This document shows positions 28,860 through 39,916 of a DNA stretch of 64,000 bases, one piece after another. Below the pieces are notes generated by a model that was not told the origin of the DNA, made no database searches, and saw nothing but the letters and a program-made list of their open reading frames with translations. This DNA comes from Escherichia phage ZCEC14: sequence record OP168898.1; one strand, written 5' to 3'. Position 1 is the stretch's first letter; every line of letters starts with the position of its first letter. The position numbers and the translations under genes were made by a program.

Positions 28860-29031
28860 AATTAATGCAGGATTTACTGAATCTTTGAATGGTCATCTTT
28901 GCGTGAAAATTTCTGAAAAAGAATACCATGATAGTTCAATTAAAGAAGTTAATCCTCCTATTGTAAGAGCAGACCCTAATATGAAAGTGTGGGTTGATTC
29001 TTATCAAGTCAAAAAATGGTGGCAACTGTGA
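28825..29031 (+). CDS. hypothetical small protein
   Basis: 68 aa; overlaps upstream ORF by 35 nt. Confidence 0.35.
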   Translation: MMLTRVKFKRLKINAGFTESLNGHLCVKISEKEYHDSSIKEVNPPIVRADPNMKVWVDSYQVKKWWQL

Positions 29032-29034
29032 AAG

Positions 29035-29208
29035 ATGAACACCCAGACTTCTGAAATAGATTATAATAAAATTCGTTCCTCTAAAGTAGAAATGATGAGA
29101 CGCTTTAAAGAGTCTCATGATAAAGCTAAAGCAGAAGGAACTATAACATATAAGCGTATAAAATTTAGAAGCTCTAATGAGCCTCTGTATGGCGTATTAT
29201 GCGGATAG
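29035..29208 (+). CDS. hypothetical small protein (not in ORF track)
   Basis: 57 aa from ATG 29035. Confidence 0.35.
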   Translation: MNTQTSEIDYNKIRSSKVEMMRRFKESHDKAKAEGTITYKRIKFRSSNEPLYGVLCG

Positions 29209-29221
29209 GAGCTTCGGCTCC
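29208..29221 (+). terminator. TTCG-loop hairpin, weak terminator or RNA-stability element
   Basis: GGAGC-TTCG-GCTCC without a clean T-run. Confidence 0.4.
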
Positions 29222-29274
29222 TATATTGCTTTATAAATTTTTGGTAAAATAAACCAAAACAATGAGGATATTAA

Positions 29275-30477
29275 ATGAAAGTATGTATTTTTATGGCTCG
29301 AGGTCTTGAAGGTTGCGGTGTAACTAAATTTTCTCTTGAGCAACGTGATTGGTTTATTAAAAATGGTCATGAAGTAACTTTGGTTTATGCTAAAGATAAA
29401 TCATTTACTCGTAATTGCGCACATGATTATAAGTCATTTTCAATTCCGGTTTTATTGGCAAAAGAATACGATAAAACACTTAAACTGGTAAATGATTGCG
29501 ATATTTTAATTATCAATTCAGTTCCTGCTACTTCAGTAGAAGAAGACACCATTAATAACTATAAAAAAATTATTGATAACATTAAACCTTCGGTTCGTGT
29601 TGTAGTTTATCAGCATGACCATTCTTCTCTTTCTTTGCGTCGAAATTTGGGATTAGAAGAAACTGTTCGTCGAGCTGATGTTATTTTTAGCCATTCTGAT
29701 AATGGTGACTTTAATAAAGTTTTGATGAAAGAATGGTATCCGGAAACTGTTTCTCTGTTTGATGATATTGAAGAAGCACCGACCGTATATAACTTTCAGC
29801 CTCCTATGGATATTGCGAAGGTTCGATCAACCTACTGGAAAGATGTTTCTGAAATTAACATGAATATCAACCGTTGGATTGGTCGTACTACTACATGGAA
29901 AGGCTTTTATCAGATGTTTGATTTTCATGAAAAACATCTTAAACCTGCAGGACTAAGTACTATTATGGAAGGTCTGGAACGTTCTCCAGCATTCATTCCT
30001 ATTAAAGAAAAAGGAATTCCATACGAGTATTATCGTCTTCATCAAGTAGACCAAATTAAAATTGCTCCTAATTTGCCAACGCAAATTCTCGACCGTTATG
30101 TAAATAGCGAAATGCTTGAACGCATGAGTAAATCCGGATTTGGTTATCAGCTGAGTAAGTTGGACAAAAAATATCTACAGCGTTCTTTAGAATACACTCA
30201 TCTCGAGCTTGGTGCATGTGGAACAATTCCAGTATTTTGGAAATCTACTGGCGAAAATTTAAAATTCCGTGTTGATAATACTCCATTAATTTCACATGAT
30301 AGCGGTATCGTTTGGTTTGATGAAAATGACATGGAATCAACATTTGAACGTATTAAAGAACTGTCATCTGACCGAGCTCTTTATGATCGCGAACGCGAAA
30401 AAGCTTATGAATTTTTGTATCAGCATCAAGATTCAAGCTTCTGCTTTAAAGAACAGTTTGACATTATTACAAAATAA
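29275..30477 (+). CDS. agt: DNA alpha-glucosyltransferase
   Basis: 400 aa; MKVCIFMARGLEGCGVTKFSLEQRDWFIKNGHEV matches T4 alpha-gt. Confidence 0.85.
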   Translation: MKVCIFMARGLEGCGVTKFSLEQRDWFIKNGHEVTLVYAKDKSFTRNCAHDYKSFSIPVLLAKEYDKTLKLVNDCDILIINSVPATSVEEDTINNYKKIIDNIKPSVRVVVYQHDHSSLSLRRNLGLEETVRRADVIFSHSDNGDFNKVLMKEWYPETVSLFDDIEEAPTVYNFQPPMDIAKVRSTYWKDVSEINMNINRWIGRTTTWKGFYQMFDFHEKHLKPAGLSTIMEGLERSPAFIPIKEKGIPYEYYRLHQVDQIKIAPNLPTQILDRYVNSEMLERMSKSGFGYQLSKLDKKYLQRSLEYTHLELGACGTIPVFWKSTGENLKFRVDNTPLISHDSGIVWFDENDMESTFERIKELSSDRALYDREREKAYEFLYQHQDSSFCFKEQFDIITK

Positions 30478-30493
30478 AGGGCTTCGGCCCTTT
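30478..30493 (+). terminator. intrinsic terminator, TTCG loop
   Basis: GGGC-TTCG-GCCC followed by TTT. Confidence 0.6.
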
Positions 30494-30516
30494 AGCTTTA
30501 TACGGAGTTTGATATA

Positions 30517-30657
30517 ATGATATTTCTTGGATATGTGATACTTTTTCTAGCGTTTTATCTATTCACTAGAGCATGTTGGATTGGATTCTTTAGTACTCCA
30601 GATGGATTTATTTCAATAATTTTATTTTGCATTTCAATGACGGTTCTTGATATATGA
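30517..30657 (+). CDS. hypothetical small membrane peptide (not in ORF track)
   Basis: 46 aa; hydrophobic; ATGA overlap with gene 47. Confidence 0.35.
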   Translation: MIFLGYVILFLAFYLFTRACWIGFFSTPDGFISIILFCISMTVLDI

Positions 30658-31673
30658 AAATTTTAAATTTAGGTGATTGGCATTTAGGTGTTAAAGCCGA
30701 TGATGAGTGGGTTCAATCCATTCAGTTGGATGGAATTAAACAAGCAATAGAATATTCTAAGAAAAATGGAATTACTACATGGATTCAATATGGCGATATT
30801 TTTGATGTGCGAAAAGCAATCACACATAAAACTATGGAGTTCGCTCGTGAAATAGTTCAAATGCTTGATGATGCTGGTATTACCCTACATACTGTTGTAG
30901 GAAACCATGATATGCACTTTAAAAATACTTTAACTCCAAATGCTTCTACTGAACTTTTGGCTAAATATCCTAATGTTAAAGTATATGATAAGCCTACTAC
31001 AGTAGATTTTGACGGATGTTTGATTGATTTAATTCCTTGGATGTGTGAAGAAAATACTGGTGAAATTCTTGAACACATCAAAACTTCATCTGCTTCTTTT
31101 TGTGTTGGCCACTGGGAGCTGAATGGATTTTATTTTTATAAAGGAATGAAATCTCACGGTCTTGAACCCGATTTCCTTAAGACTTATAAAGAGGTGTGGT
31201 CTGGTCACTTCCATACTATCTCTGAGGCTGCTAACGTCAGATATATTGGGACACCATGGACACTAACTGCAGGTGACGAGAATGACCCTCGTGGGTTCTG
31301 GATGTTTGATACAGAAACAGAACGAATGGAATTTATTCCAAACAATACTACCTGGCATCGTAGAATTCATTATCCATTTAAAGGAAAAATTGACTATAAA
31401 GATTTTACAAATCTATCAGTACGTGTTATAGTAACTGAAGTAGACAAAAATCTGACGAAGTTCGAATCTGAACTAGAAAAAGTTGTGCATTCATTACGAG
31501 TTGTGTCAAAGATTGATAACTCTGTCGAGTCAGATGACAGTGAAGAAGTTGAAGTTCAATCGCTTCAGACGTTGATGGAAGAATACATTAATGCAATTCC
31601 AGACATCACTGATTCTGATCGTGAAGCACTTATTCAATATGCAAATCAGCTATATGTAGAGGCAACACAATGA
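30654..31673 (+). CDS. 47: recombination nuclease gp47 (Mre11/SbcD-like)
   Basis: 339 aa; phosphoesterase motifs GDWHLG, GNHD. Confidence 0.9.
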   Translation: MKILNLGDWHLGVKADDEWVQSIQLDGIKQAIEYSKKNGITTWIQYGDIFDVRKAITHKTMEFAREIVQMLDDAGITLHTVVGNHDMHFKNTLTPNASTELLAKYPNVKVYDKPTTVDFDGCLIDLIPWMCEENTGEILEHIKTSSASFCVGHWELNGFYFYKGMKSHGLEPDFLKTYKEVWSGHFHTISEAANVRYIGTPWTLTAGDENDPRGFWMFDTETERMEFIPNNTTWHRRIHYPFKGKIDYKDFTNLSVRVIVTEVDKNLTKFESELEKVVHSLRVVSKIDNSVESDDSEEVEVQSLQTLMEEYINAIPDITDSDREALIQYANQLYVEATQ

Positions 31674-31933
31674 CTTTTGATGAATTTAAAAATGTTATGA
31701 TGAGTCAGCATTTTGAATGCGAAGTGAAAGATGATATTGGGCATAAAGAAATTATTGAATATTGGTTTGAACCGCTAGAGGTTGAAGATAATCGTATTAA
31801 AAAGGTTACGGTCTGCACTGATTGGGCCGTATCTTTTAACTTCAACATTTTAGATAATGACACACCTAAATCATTACAAGATATGGCTGTATCTTGTATT
31901 AAGGATGCATACTGTGAAGTTTTCGACATTTGA
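31670..31933 (+). CDS. hypothetical protein
   Basis: 87 aa; ATGA overlap with 47. Confidence 0.45.
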   Translation: MTFDEFKNVMMSQHFECEVKDDIGHKEIIEYWFEPLEVEDNRIKKVTVCTDWAVSFNFNILDNDTPKSLQDMAVSCIKDAYCEVFDI

Positions 31934-32120
31934 CATTAACGATGAATTCATAGCAAATATTGATTACACCGAAGAAGATTCTAGATATGTTGGAATAATT
32001 TATATCACATCAAAAGCAGCACAAGGTGTTGTTTGCATGGCTGAATTTGATGAATACTTTTTAGATTATGATGATATGATAGAATGGTCTAAAAGATACA
32101 TTAAAAGGAATCTTTTGTGA
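31905..32120 (+). CDS. hypothetical protein
   Basis: 71 aa from ATG 31905; overlaps upstream ORF. Confidence 0.4.
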   Translation: MHTVKFSTFDINDEFIANIDYTEEDSRYVGIIYITSKAAQGVVCMAEFDEYFLDYDDMIEWSKRYIKRNLL

Positions 32121-33799
32121 AGAATTTTAAACTAAACCGAGTTAGGTATCAAAATATAATGTCAGTAGGTGGAAATCCTATTGACATTCAATTAGATAAG
32201 GTTCAAAAAACTCTTATTACTGGACGAAATGGTGGTGGTAAGTCTACTATGTTAGAAGCCATCACATTTGGGCTTTTTGGCAAGCCATTCCGTGATGTAA
32301 AGAAAGGCCAATTAATAAACAGCACAAATAAGAAAGAGCTTTTAGTTGAACTGTGGATGGAATATGATGAGAAAAAGTACTATATCAAAAGAGGACAAAA
32401 ACCAAATGTTTTCGAAATCACCGTTAACGGTACACGTCTTAATGAATCTGCCAGCAGTAAAGATTTCCAAGCAGAATTTGAACAGCTTATCGGAATGTCA
32501 TACGCCAGTTTCAAACAGATCGTCGTACTCGGCACGGCTGGATATACCCCTTTCATGGGCCTATCCACTCCTGCAAGAAGAAAACTCGTCGAAGACCTGC
32601 TCGAGGTAGGAACATTAGCTGAAATGGATAAGCTTAATAAAGCACTAATACGTGAATTAAATTCACAAAACCAAGTGCTTGATGTTAAAAAAGATAGTAT
32701 TATCCAACAAATTAAAATATATAATGATAACGTTGAACGCCAGAAAAAATTAACTGGCGACAACCTTACTCGTCTGCAAAATATGTATGATGATTTGGCA
32801 AAAGAAGCTAGAACGCTAAAATCGGAAATAGAAGAAGCTAATGAAAGATTAGTTAATATTGTTTTAGATGAAGACCCGACTGATGCATTTAATAAAATTG
32901 GTCAAGAAGCAGTTTTAATTAAATCAAAAATTGACTCATATAATAAAGTCATTAATATGTATCACGAAGGTGGATTATGTCCAACCTGCTTGTCACAATT
33001 AAGTTCCGGTGATAAAGTTGTTTCTAAAATTAAAGATAAAGTTTCTGAATGCACGCATTCGTTTGAACAGCTTTCAACACATCGTGATAATTTAAAAGTT
33101 CTTGTTGATGAATACCGAGATAATATTAAAACCCAGCAGACGTTGGCGAATGATATTCGCAATAAAAAGCAATCCTTAATCACGACGGTAGATAAAGCTA
33201 AAAAGGTTAAAGCGGCTATAGAAAAAGCATCATCCGAGTTTATTGACCATGCTGATGAAATAGCACTGCTTCAAGAAGAACTTGATAAAATTGTTAAGAC
33301 GAAAACTAATTTAGTAATGGAAAAATACCACAGAGGAATTTTGACTGACATGCTCAAAGATTCTGGTATTAAAGGTGCTATTATTAAAAAGTACATTCCA
33401 TTATTTAATAAGCAGATTAACCATTATCTTAAAATAATGGAAGCGGATTATGTGTTTACATTAGATGAAGAATTTAATGAGACAATTAAATCCCGTGGTC
33501 GCGAAGATTTTAGTTATGCTTCATTTAGTGAAGGTGAAAAAGCACGAATTGATATTGCTCTTTTATTTACTTGGCGTGATATTGCTTCTATCGTATCTGG
33601 TGTTAGTATTAGTACATTAATTCTTGATGAAGTATTTGATGGGTCATTTGATGCCGAAGGTATTAAAGGCGTAGCTAATATTATAAATTCAATGAAAAAT
33701 ACTAATGTTTTTATAATTTCGCATAAAGACCATGACCCGCAAGAATATGGTCAGCATCTTCAAATGAAGAAAGTCGGTCGATTTACTGTAATGGTTTAA
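32117..33799 (+). CDS. 46: recombination ATPase gp46 (Rad50/SbcC-like)
   Basis: 560 aa; Walker A GRNGGGKST, zinc-hook CPTC; GTG start at 32117. Confidence 0.9.
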   Translation: MKNFKLNRVRYQNIMSVGGNPIDIQLDKVQKTLITGRNGGGKSTMLEAITFGLFGKPFRDVKKGQLINSTNKKELLVELWMEYDEKKYYIKRGQKPNVFEITVNGTRLNESASSKDFQAEFEQLIGMSYASFKQIVVLGTAGYTPFMGLSTPARRKLVEDLLEVGTLAEMDKLNKALIRELNSQNQVLDVKKDSIIQQIKIYNDNVERQKKLTGDNLTRLQNMYDDLAKEARTLKSEIEEANERLVNIVLDEDPTDAFNKIGQEAVLIKSKIDSYNKVINMYHEGGLCPTCLSQLSSGDKVVSKIKDKVSECTHSFEQLSTHRDNLKVLVDEYRDNIKTQQTLANDIRNKKQSLITTVDKAKKVKAAIEKASSEFIDHADEIALLQEELDKIVKTKTNLVMEKYHRGILTDMLKDSGIKGAIIKKYIPLFNKQINHYLKIMEADYVFTLDEEFNETIKSRGREDFSYASFSEGEKARIDIALLFTWRDIASIVSGVSISTLILDEVFDGSFDAEGIKGVANIINSMKNTNVFIISHKDHDPQEYGQHLQMKKVGRFTVMV

Positions 33800-33805
33800 T
33801 TTATA

Positions 33806-33841
33806 AGAGATTATGCTTTAATTTATTAGAGTATAATCTCT
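33806..33841 (+). promoter_or_regulatory. candidate middle promoter (MotA-box-like TGCTTTA + TATAAT) inside a 9-bp inverted repeat
   Basis: TGCTTTA 33814-33820, TATAAT 33832-33837, 11-bp spacer; AGAGATTAT / ATAATCTCT arms. Confidence 0.45.
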
Positions 33842-33854
33842 ACGGAGGAAAAAC

Positions 33855-34043
33855 ATGGAATATTCAACTGGACAGCATCTATTAACTATTCCTGAAATAA
33901 AACGATATATTCTGAGAAATAATTTTTCTAATGAAGAGCATATAGTTACTGAATCTATGCTTAAGAATGCATTTAAATCAGAATATACGAAAATAATGTC
34001 CAACAGGAATGAAGCTTGGACTGTTACTGATTATTATGACTAA
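33855..34043 (+). CDS. hypothetical small protein
   Basis: 62 aa; SD GGAGG. Confidence 0.45.
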   Translation: MEYSTGQHLLTIPEIKRYILRNNFSNEEHIVTESMLKNAFKSEYTKIMSNRNEAWTVTDYYD

Positions 34044-34052
34044 AGGTGTATT

Positions 34053-34442
34053 ATGACTAAAATTACTGTGAATTATACTGTTGATGTAAAAGATATTCAG
34101 CCAAAACACGTGCGTTCTGAATCAAATCCGCAAAACCAAAATAAAATTCGTCGAGCATGGGTTTTGTCTCTTTCTGATAACGCGATGGAAGTTATTCAGA
34201 ACAAAATTAAATCTGCACCTGCTCGTCATGCGTATTATGAAGCTATCGATCGTGAAGTGAGTGATAAATGGATTGAACTGATGCGCAAACATACGGCAGA
34301 ATCTCTAAATGCTGGTGCTAAATTTATTATGACTTCATGTGGTGAACGCCTTGAAGACGATTATTGTGGTAATGCAGATGAACGTCTAATTGTTGCTGCT
34401 CAAATTGTTGCGGAAACAATTGCTGCTGATTTTAATCGTTAA
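34053..34442 (+). CDS. rpbA: RNA polymerase-binding protein RpbA
   Basis: 129 aa; position between 46 and 45 as in T4. Confidence 0.7.
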   Translation: MTKITVNYTVDVKDIQPKHVRSESNPQNQNKIRRAWVLSLSDNAMEVIQNKIKSAPARHAYYEAIDREVSDKWIELMRKHTAESLNAGAKFIMTSCGERLEDDYCGNADERLIVAAQIVAETIAADFNR

Positions 34443-34497
34443 TTGCTTTATTAAATTAGTTATAAAATTAAATCTCATTTGAATTGAAGGAAATTAC

Positions 34498-35184
34498 ATG
34501 AAACTGTCTAAAGATACTACTGCTCTGCTTAAAAATTTCGCTACTATTAACTCTGGCATTATGCTTAAATCTGGTCAATTTATTATGACTCGTGCAGTTA
34601 ATGGTACAACTTATGCGGAAGCAAATATTTCTGACGTTATTGATTTTGATGTAGCAATTTACGATTTGAACGGTTTTCTCGGTATTCTGTCTCTAGTTAA
34701 TGATGATGCAGAAATTTCCCAGTCAGAAGATGGTAATATTAAAATTGCTGATGCCCGTTCAACAATTTTTTGGCCGGCAGCCGATCCGAGTACAGTAGTT
34801 GCTCCTAATAAACCAATTCCATTCCCGGTAGCATCTGTTGTTACTGAAATTAAAGCTGAAGACCTTCAACAGCTGTTGCGTGTATCTCGTGGTCTGCAGA
34901 TTGATACAATTGCTATCACAGTAAAAGAAGGTAAAATCGTAATTAACGGTTTTAATAAAGTAGAAGATTCCGCTTTGACCCGTGTTAAATATTCTTTGAC
35001 TCTTGGTGATTATGATGGTGAAAATACATTTAATTTCATTATCAATATGGCAAATATGAAAATGCAACCAGGAAATTATAAACTTCTGCTCTGGGCAAAA
35101 GGTAAACAAGGCGCTGCTAAATTTGAAGGTGAACACGCGAATTATGTAGTAGCTCTTGAAGCTGATTCTACCCACGACTTTTAA
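34498..35184 (+). CDS. 45: sliding clamp gp45
   Basis: 228 aa; MKLSKDTTALLKNFATINSGIMLKSGQF matches T4 gp45. Confidence 0.93.
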   Translation: MKLSKDTTALLKNFATINSGIMLKSGQFIMTRAVNGTTYAEANISDVIDFDVAIYDLNGFLGILSLVNDDAEISQSEDGNIKIADARSTIFWPAADPSTVVAPNKPIPFPVASVVTEIKAEDLQQLLRVSRGLQIDTIAITVKEGKIVINGFNKVEDSALTRVKYSLTLGDYDGENTFNFIINMANMKMQPGNYKLLLWAKGKQGAAKFEGEHANYVVALEADSTHDF

Positions 35185-35185
35185 T

Positions 35186-35204
35186 AGAGGGCTTCGGCCC
35201 TTTA
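35186..35204 (+). terminator. intrinsic terminator, TTCG loop
   Basis: AGGGC-TTCG-GCCCT followed by TT. Confidence 0.6.
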
Positions 35205-35235
35205 TAATTTGCACTAAAACTTGAATGAGGAAATT

Positions 35236-36195
35236 ATGATTACTGTAAATGAAAAAGAACACATTCTTGAACAGAAATATCGTCCATCTACTATCGATGA
35301 ATGTATTCTTCCCTCCTTTGATAAAGAAACCTTTAAATCTATTACAAGTAAAGGTAAGATTCCACATATTATTCTTCATTCTCCTTCTCCAGGAACAGGT
35401 AAAACAACCGTAGCAAAAGCATTGTGTCATGATGTAAATGCTGATATGATGTTTGTGAATGGGTCAGATTGTAAAATTGATTTCGTTCGTGGTCCTTTGA
35501 CTAATTTTGCTAGTGCAGCTTCATTTGATGGTCGTCAAAAAGTAATCGTCATTGATGAATTTGACCGTTCAGGATTAGCAGAGTCTCAGCGACATCTTCG
35601 TTCCTTTATGGAAGCTTATAGTTCAAACTGTAGTATTATTATTACTGCTAACAATATTGATGGTATTATTAAACCGCTTCAGTCACGCTGCCGAGTTATT
35701 ACGTTCGGTCAACCGACCGATGAAGATAAAATTGAAATGATGAAGCAGATGATTCGTCGATTGACTGAAATCTGTAAGCGTGAAGGAATTGCTATAGCTG
35801 ATATGAAAGTTGTAGCAGCTTTGGTTAAAAAGAATTTTCCTGATTTTCGTAAAACTATCGGCGAGCTCGATAGTTATTCATCTAAAGGTGTTTTGGATGC
35901 TGGTATTTTATCACTGGTTACTAACGATCGTGGTGCTATTGATGATGTTCTTGAGTCTCTCAAAAATAAAGATGTTAAACAACTCAGAGCTTTAGCACCA
36001 AAATATGCGGCTGATTATTCGTGGTTCGTAGGTAAACTTGCCGAAGAAATTTATACACGCGTAACTCCGCAAAGTATTATTCGTATGTATGAAATTGTTG
36101 GTGAAAATAACCAGTATCATGGAATTGCGGCTAATACGGAATTACATTTAGCATATCTTTTCATTCAATTGGCATGCGAAATGCAGTGGAAGTGA
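35236..36195 (+). CDS. 44: clamp loader large subunit gp44 (AAA+)
   Basis: 319 aa from ATG 35236; Walker [11 protein letters not shown]. Confidence 0.93.
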   Translation: MITVNEKEHILEQKYRPSTIDECILPSFDKETFKSITSKGKIPHIILHSPSPGTGKTTVAKALCHDVNADMMFVNGSDCKIDFVRGPLTNFASAASFDGRQKVIVIDEFDRSGLAESQRHLRSFMEAYSSNCSIIITANNIDGIIKPLQSRCRVITFGQPTDEDKIEMMKQMIRRLTEICKREGIAIADMKVVAALVKKNFPDFRKTIGELDSYSSKGVLDAGILSLVTNDRGAIDDVLESLKNKDVKQLRALAPKYAADYSWFVGKLAEEIYTRVTPQSIIRMYEIVGENNQYHGIAANTELHLAYLFIQLACEMQWK

Positions 36196-36196
36196 T

Positions 36197-36760
36197 ATGA
36201 GCTTATTTGAAGATGATATTCAATTAAACGAGCATCAAGTTGCTTGGTATTCAAAAGATTGGACAGCTGTCCAATCTGCTGCTGATTCTTTTAAAGAAAA
36301 AGCTGAAAATGAGTTTTTTGAAATAATTGGAGCTATTAATAATAAAACTAAATGCTCTATTGCTCAAAAAGATTATTCAAAATACATGGTTGAGAATGCA
36401 TTATCACAATTTCCGGAGTGCATGCCAGCTGTATATGCTATGAATTTAATTGGATCAGGTTTAAGCGATGAAGCCCATTTTAATTATCTGATGGCTGCTG
36501 TTCCTCGTGGTAAAAGATATGGTAAATGGGCAAAACTGGTTGAAGATTCTACCGAAGTATTGATTATTAAGTTACTTGCTAAGCGGTATCAAGTTAATAC
36601 AAATGATGCAATTAACTATAAATCAATTCTTACTAAAAATGGAAAACTTCCTTTAGTATTAAAAGAACTAAAAGGTTTAGTCACGGATGATTTTTTGAAA
36701 GAAGTGACTAAGAACGTAAAAGAACAGAAACAACTCAAAAAACTAGCATTGGAATGGTAA
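36197..36760 (+). CDS. 62: clamp loader small subunit gp62
   Basis: 187 aa; position and size as T4 gp62. Confidence 0.85.
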   Translation: MSLFEDDIQLNEHQVAWYSKDWTAVQSAADSFKEKAENEFFEIIGAINNKTKCSIAQKDYSKYMVENALSQFPECMPAVYAMNLIGSGLSDEAHFNYLMAAVPRGKRYGKWAKLVEDSTEVLIIKLLAKRYQVNTNDAINYKSILTKNGKLPLVLKELKGLVTDDFLKEVTKNVKEQKQLKKLALEW

Positions 36761-36761
36761 A

Positions 36762-37130
36762 ATGATTGAAATTACTCTTAAAAAACCTGAAGATTTTCTG
36801 AAAGTAAAAGAAACTTTGACTCGTATGGGAATTGCTAATAATAAAGATAAAGTTCTGTATCAGTCCTGTCATATTCTTCAGAAAAAAGGACTATACTATA
36901 TCGTTCATTTTAAAGAAATGCTTCGTATGGATGGTCGCCAAGTTGAAATGACAGAAGAAGATGAAGTTCGTCGTGATTCGATTGCATGGTTGTTAGAAGA
37001 TTGGGGACTGATTGAAATCGTTCCTGGTCAAAGAACTTTTATGAAAGATTTAACTAATAATTTCCGAGTTATTTCTTTTAAACAAAAACATGAATGGAAA
37101 CTCGTTCCTAAATATACGATTGGTAATTAA
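36762..37130 (+). CDS. regA: translational repressor RegA
   Basis: 122 aa; MIEITLKKPEDFLKVKETLTRMGIANNKDKVLYQSCHIL. Confidence 0.9.
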   Translation: MIEITLKKPEDFLKVKETLTRMGIANNKDKVLYQSCHILQKKGLYYIVHFKEMLRMDGRQVEMTEEDEVRRDSIAWLLEDWGLIEIVPGQRTFMKDLTNNFRVISFKQKHEWKLVPKYTIGN

Positions 37131-37132
37131 GC

Positions 37133-37153
37133 AAGGGGCTTCGGCCCCTTAAT
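37133..37153 (+). terminator. intrinsic terminator, TTCG loop
   Basis: GGGGC-TTCG-GCCCC followed by TT. Confidence 0.6.
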
Positions 37154-37208
37154 TGGAGTATAATATATCAAGAGCCTAATAACTCGGGCTATAAACTAAG
37201 GAATATCT

Positions 37209-39905
37209 ATGAAAGAATTTTATATCTCTATCGAAACAGTCGGAAATAACATTATTGAACGTTATATTGATGAAAACGGAAAGGAACGTACTCGTGAAGT
37301 AGAATATCTTCCAACTATGTTTAGGCATTGTAAGGAAGAGTCAAAATATAAAGACATCTATGGTAAAAACTGCGCTCCTCAAAAATTTCCATCAATGAAA
37401 GATGCTCGAGATTGGATGAAGCGAATGGAAGACATCGGTCTCGAAGCTCTCGGTATGAACGATTTTAAACTCGCTTATATCAGTGATACGTATGGTTCAG
37501 AAATTGTTTATGACCGAAAATTTGTTCGTGTAGCTAACTGTGACATTGAGGTTACTGGTGATAAATTTCCTGACCCAATGAAAGCAGAATATGAAATTGA
37601 TGCTATCACTCATTATGATTCAATTGATGATCGTTTTTATGTTTTCGACCTTTTGAATTCAATGTATGGTTCAGTATCAAAATGGGATGCAAAGTTAGCT
37701 GCTAAGCTTGACTGTGAAGGTGGTGATGAAGTTCCTCAAGAAATTCTTGACCGAGTAATTTATATGCCATTTGACAATGAGCGTGATATGCTCATGGAAT
37801 ATATCAATCTCTGGGAACAGAAACGACCTGCTATTTTTACTGGTTGGAATATTGAGGGGTTTGACGTTCCGTATATCATGAATCGCGTTAAAATGGTTCT
37901 CGGCGAACGCAGTATGAAACGCTTCTCTCCAATCGGTCGAGTAAAATCTAAACTAATTCAAAATATGTACGGTAGCAAAGAAATTTATTCTATTGATGGC
38001 GTATCTATTCTTGATTATTTAGATTTGTACAAGAAATTCGCATTTACTAATTTGCCATCGTTCTCTTTGGAATCAGTTGCTCAGCATGAAACCAAAAAAG
38101 GTAAATTACCATACGACGGTCCTATTAATAAACTTCGTGAGACTAATCATCAACGATACATTAGTTATAACATCATTGACGTAGAATCAGTTCAAGCAAT
38201 TGATAAAATTCGTGGGTTTATCGATCTAGTTTTAAGTATGTCTTATTACGCTAAAATGCCTTTTTCTGGTGTAATGAGTCCTATTAAAACTTGGGATGCT
38301 ATTATTTTTAACTCATTGAAAGGTGAACATAAGGTTATTCCTCAACAAGGTTCGCACGTTAAACAGAGTTTTCCGGGTGCATTTGTGTTTGAACCTAAAC
38401 CAATTGCTCGTCGATATATTATGAGTTTTGACTTGACGTCTCTGTATCCTAGCATTATTCGTCAGGTTAACATTAGTCCTGAAACTATTCGTGGTCAGTT
38501 CAAAGTTCATCCAATTCATGAATATATCGCAGGAACAGCTCCTAAACCGAGTGATGAATATTCTTGTTCTCCGAATGGATGGATGTATGATAAGCATCAA
38601 GAAGGTATCATTCCAAAGGAAATCGCTAAAGTATTTTTCCAGCGTAAAGATTGGAAAAAGAAAATGTTCGCGGAAGAAATGAATGCCGAAGCTATTAAAA
38701 AGATTATTATGAAAGGAGCAGGGTCTTGTTCAACTAAACCAGAAGTTGAACGATATGTTAAGTTCAATGATGATTTCTTAAACGAATTATCGAATTACAC
38801 CGAATCTGTTCTTAATAGTCTGATTGAAGAATGTGAAAAAGCAGCTACACTTGCTAACACAAATCAGCTGAACCGTAAAATTCTCATTAACAGTCTTTAT
38901 GGTGCTCTTGGTAATATTCATTTCCGTTACTATGATTTGCGAAATGCTACTGCTATCACAATTTTTGGTCAAGTCGGTATTCAGTGGATTGCTCGTAAAA
39001 TTAATGAATATCTGAATAAAGTATGCGGAACTAATGATGAAGATTTCATTGCAGCAGGTGATACTGATTCGGTATATGTTTGCGTAGATAAAGTAATTGA
39101 AAAAGTAGGTCTTGACCGCTTTAAAGAACAAAATGATTTAGTTGAATTCATGAATCAGTTTGGTAAGAAAAAGATGGAACCTATGATTGATGTTGCATAT
39201 CGTGAGTTATGTGATTATATGAATAACCGCGAGCATCTGATGCATATGGACCGTGAAGCTATTTCTTGCCCTCCGCTTGGTTCAAAGGGTGTCGGTGGAT
39301 TTTGGAAAGCGAAAAAACGTTATGCTCTGAACGTTTATGATATGGAAGATAAGCGATTTGCTGAACCGCATCTAAAAATCATGGGCATGGAAACTCAGCA
39401 GAGTTCAACACCAAAAGCAGTACAAGAAGCTCTCGAAGAAAGTATTCGTCGTATTCTCCAGGAAGGTGAAGAGTCTGTCCAAGAATATTACAAGAACTTC
39501 GAGAAAGAATATCGTCAACTTGACTATAAAGTTATTGCTGAAGTAAAAACTGCGAACGATATAGCGAAATATGATGATAAAGGTTGGCCAGGATTTAAAT
39601 GCCCGTTCCATATTCGTGGTGTGCTAACTTATCGTCGAGCTGTTAGTGGTCTAGGTGTAGCTCCAATTTTGGATGGAAATAAAGTAATGGTTCTTCCATT
39701 ACGTGAAGGAAATCCATTTGGTGACAAGTGTATTGCTTGGCCGTCGGGCACAGAACTTCCAAAAGAAATTCGTTCTGACGTACTGTCTTGGATTGACTAC
39801 TCAACCTTGTTCCAAAAATCGTTTGTTAAACCGCTTGCGGGTATGTGTGAATCGGCAGGTATGGACTATGAAGAAAAAGCTTCGTTAGACTTCCTGTTTG
39901 GCTGA
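37209..39905 (+). CDS. 43: DNA polymerase gp43 (family B)
   Basis: 898 aa; exonuclease and polymerase motifs (DxE, YGDTDS); T4 gp43 length. Confidence 0.97.
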   Translation: MKEFYISIETVGNNIIERYIDENGKERTREVEYLPTMFRHCKEESKYKDIYGKNCAPQKFPSMKDARDWMKRMEDIGLEALGMNDFKLAYISDTYGSEIVYDRKFVRVANCDIEVTGDKFPDPMKAEYEIDAITHYDSIDDRFYVFDLLNSMYGSVSKWDAKLAAKLDCEGGDEVPQEILDRVIYMPFDNERDMLMEYINLWEQKRPAIFTGWNIEGFDVPYIMNRVKMVLGERSMKRFSPIGRVKSKLIQNMYGSKEIYSIDGVSILDYLDLYKKFAFTNLPSFSLESVAQHETKKGKLPYDGPINKLRETNHQRYISYNIIDVESVQAIDKIRGFIDLVLSMSYYAKMPFSGVMSPIKTWDAIIFNSLKGEHKVIPQQGSHVKQSFPGAFVFEPKPIARRYIMSFDLTSLYPSIIRQVNISPETIRGQFKVHPIHEYIAGTAPKPSDEYSCSPNGWMYDKHQEGIIPKEIAKVFFQRKDWKKKMFAEEMNAEAIKKIIMKGAGSCSTKPEVERYVKFNDDFLNELSNYTESVLNSLIEECEKAATLANTNQLNRKILINSLYGALGNIHFRYYDLRNATAITIFGQVGIQWIARKINEYLNKVCGTNDEDFIAAGDTDSVYVCVDKVIEKVGLDRFKEQNDLVEFMNQFGKKKMEPMIDVAYRELCDYMNNREHLMHMDREAISCPPLGSKGVGGFWKAKKRYALNVYDMEDKRFAEPHLKIMGMETQQSSTPKAVQEALEESIRRILQEGEESVQEYYKNFEKEYRQLDYKVIAEVKTANDIAKYDDKGWPGFKCPFHIRGVLTYRRAVSGLGVAPILDGNKVMVLPLREGNPFGDKCIAWPSGTELPKEIRSDVLSWIDYSTLFQKSFVKPLAGMCESAGMDYEEKASLDFLFG

Positions 39906-39916
39906 TAGAATAAATC

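Noticed and set aside
32380-32763. Minus-strand and alternative-frame ORFs inside gene 46 (also 32346-32609 +)
   Set aside because: Both lie within the conserved gp46 coding frame; likely artefacts of the locally GC-richer segment.
34759-35430. 223-aa minus-strand ORF overlapping genes 45 and 44
   Set aside because: Lies antisense to two strongly conserved genes, has Cys/Phe-rich low-complexity translation and no SD; likely an artefact of AT-rich sequence.
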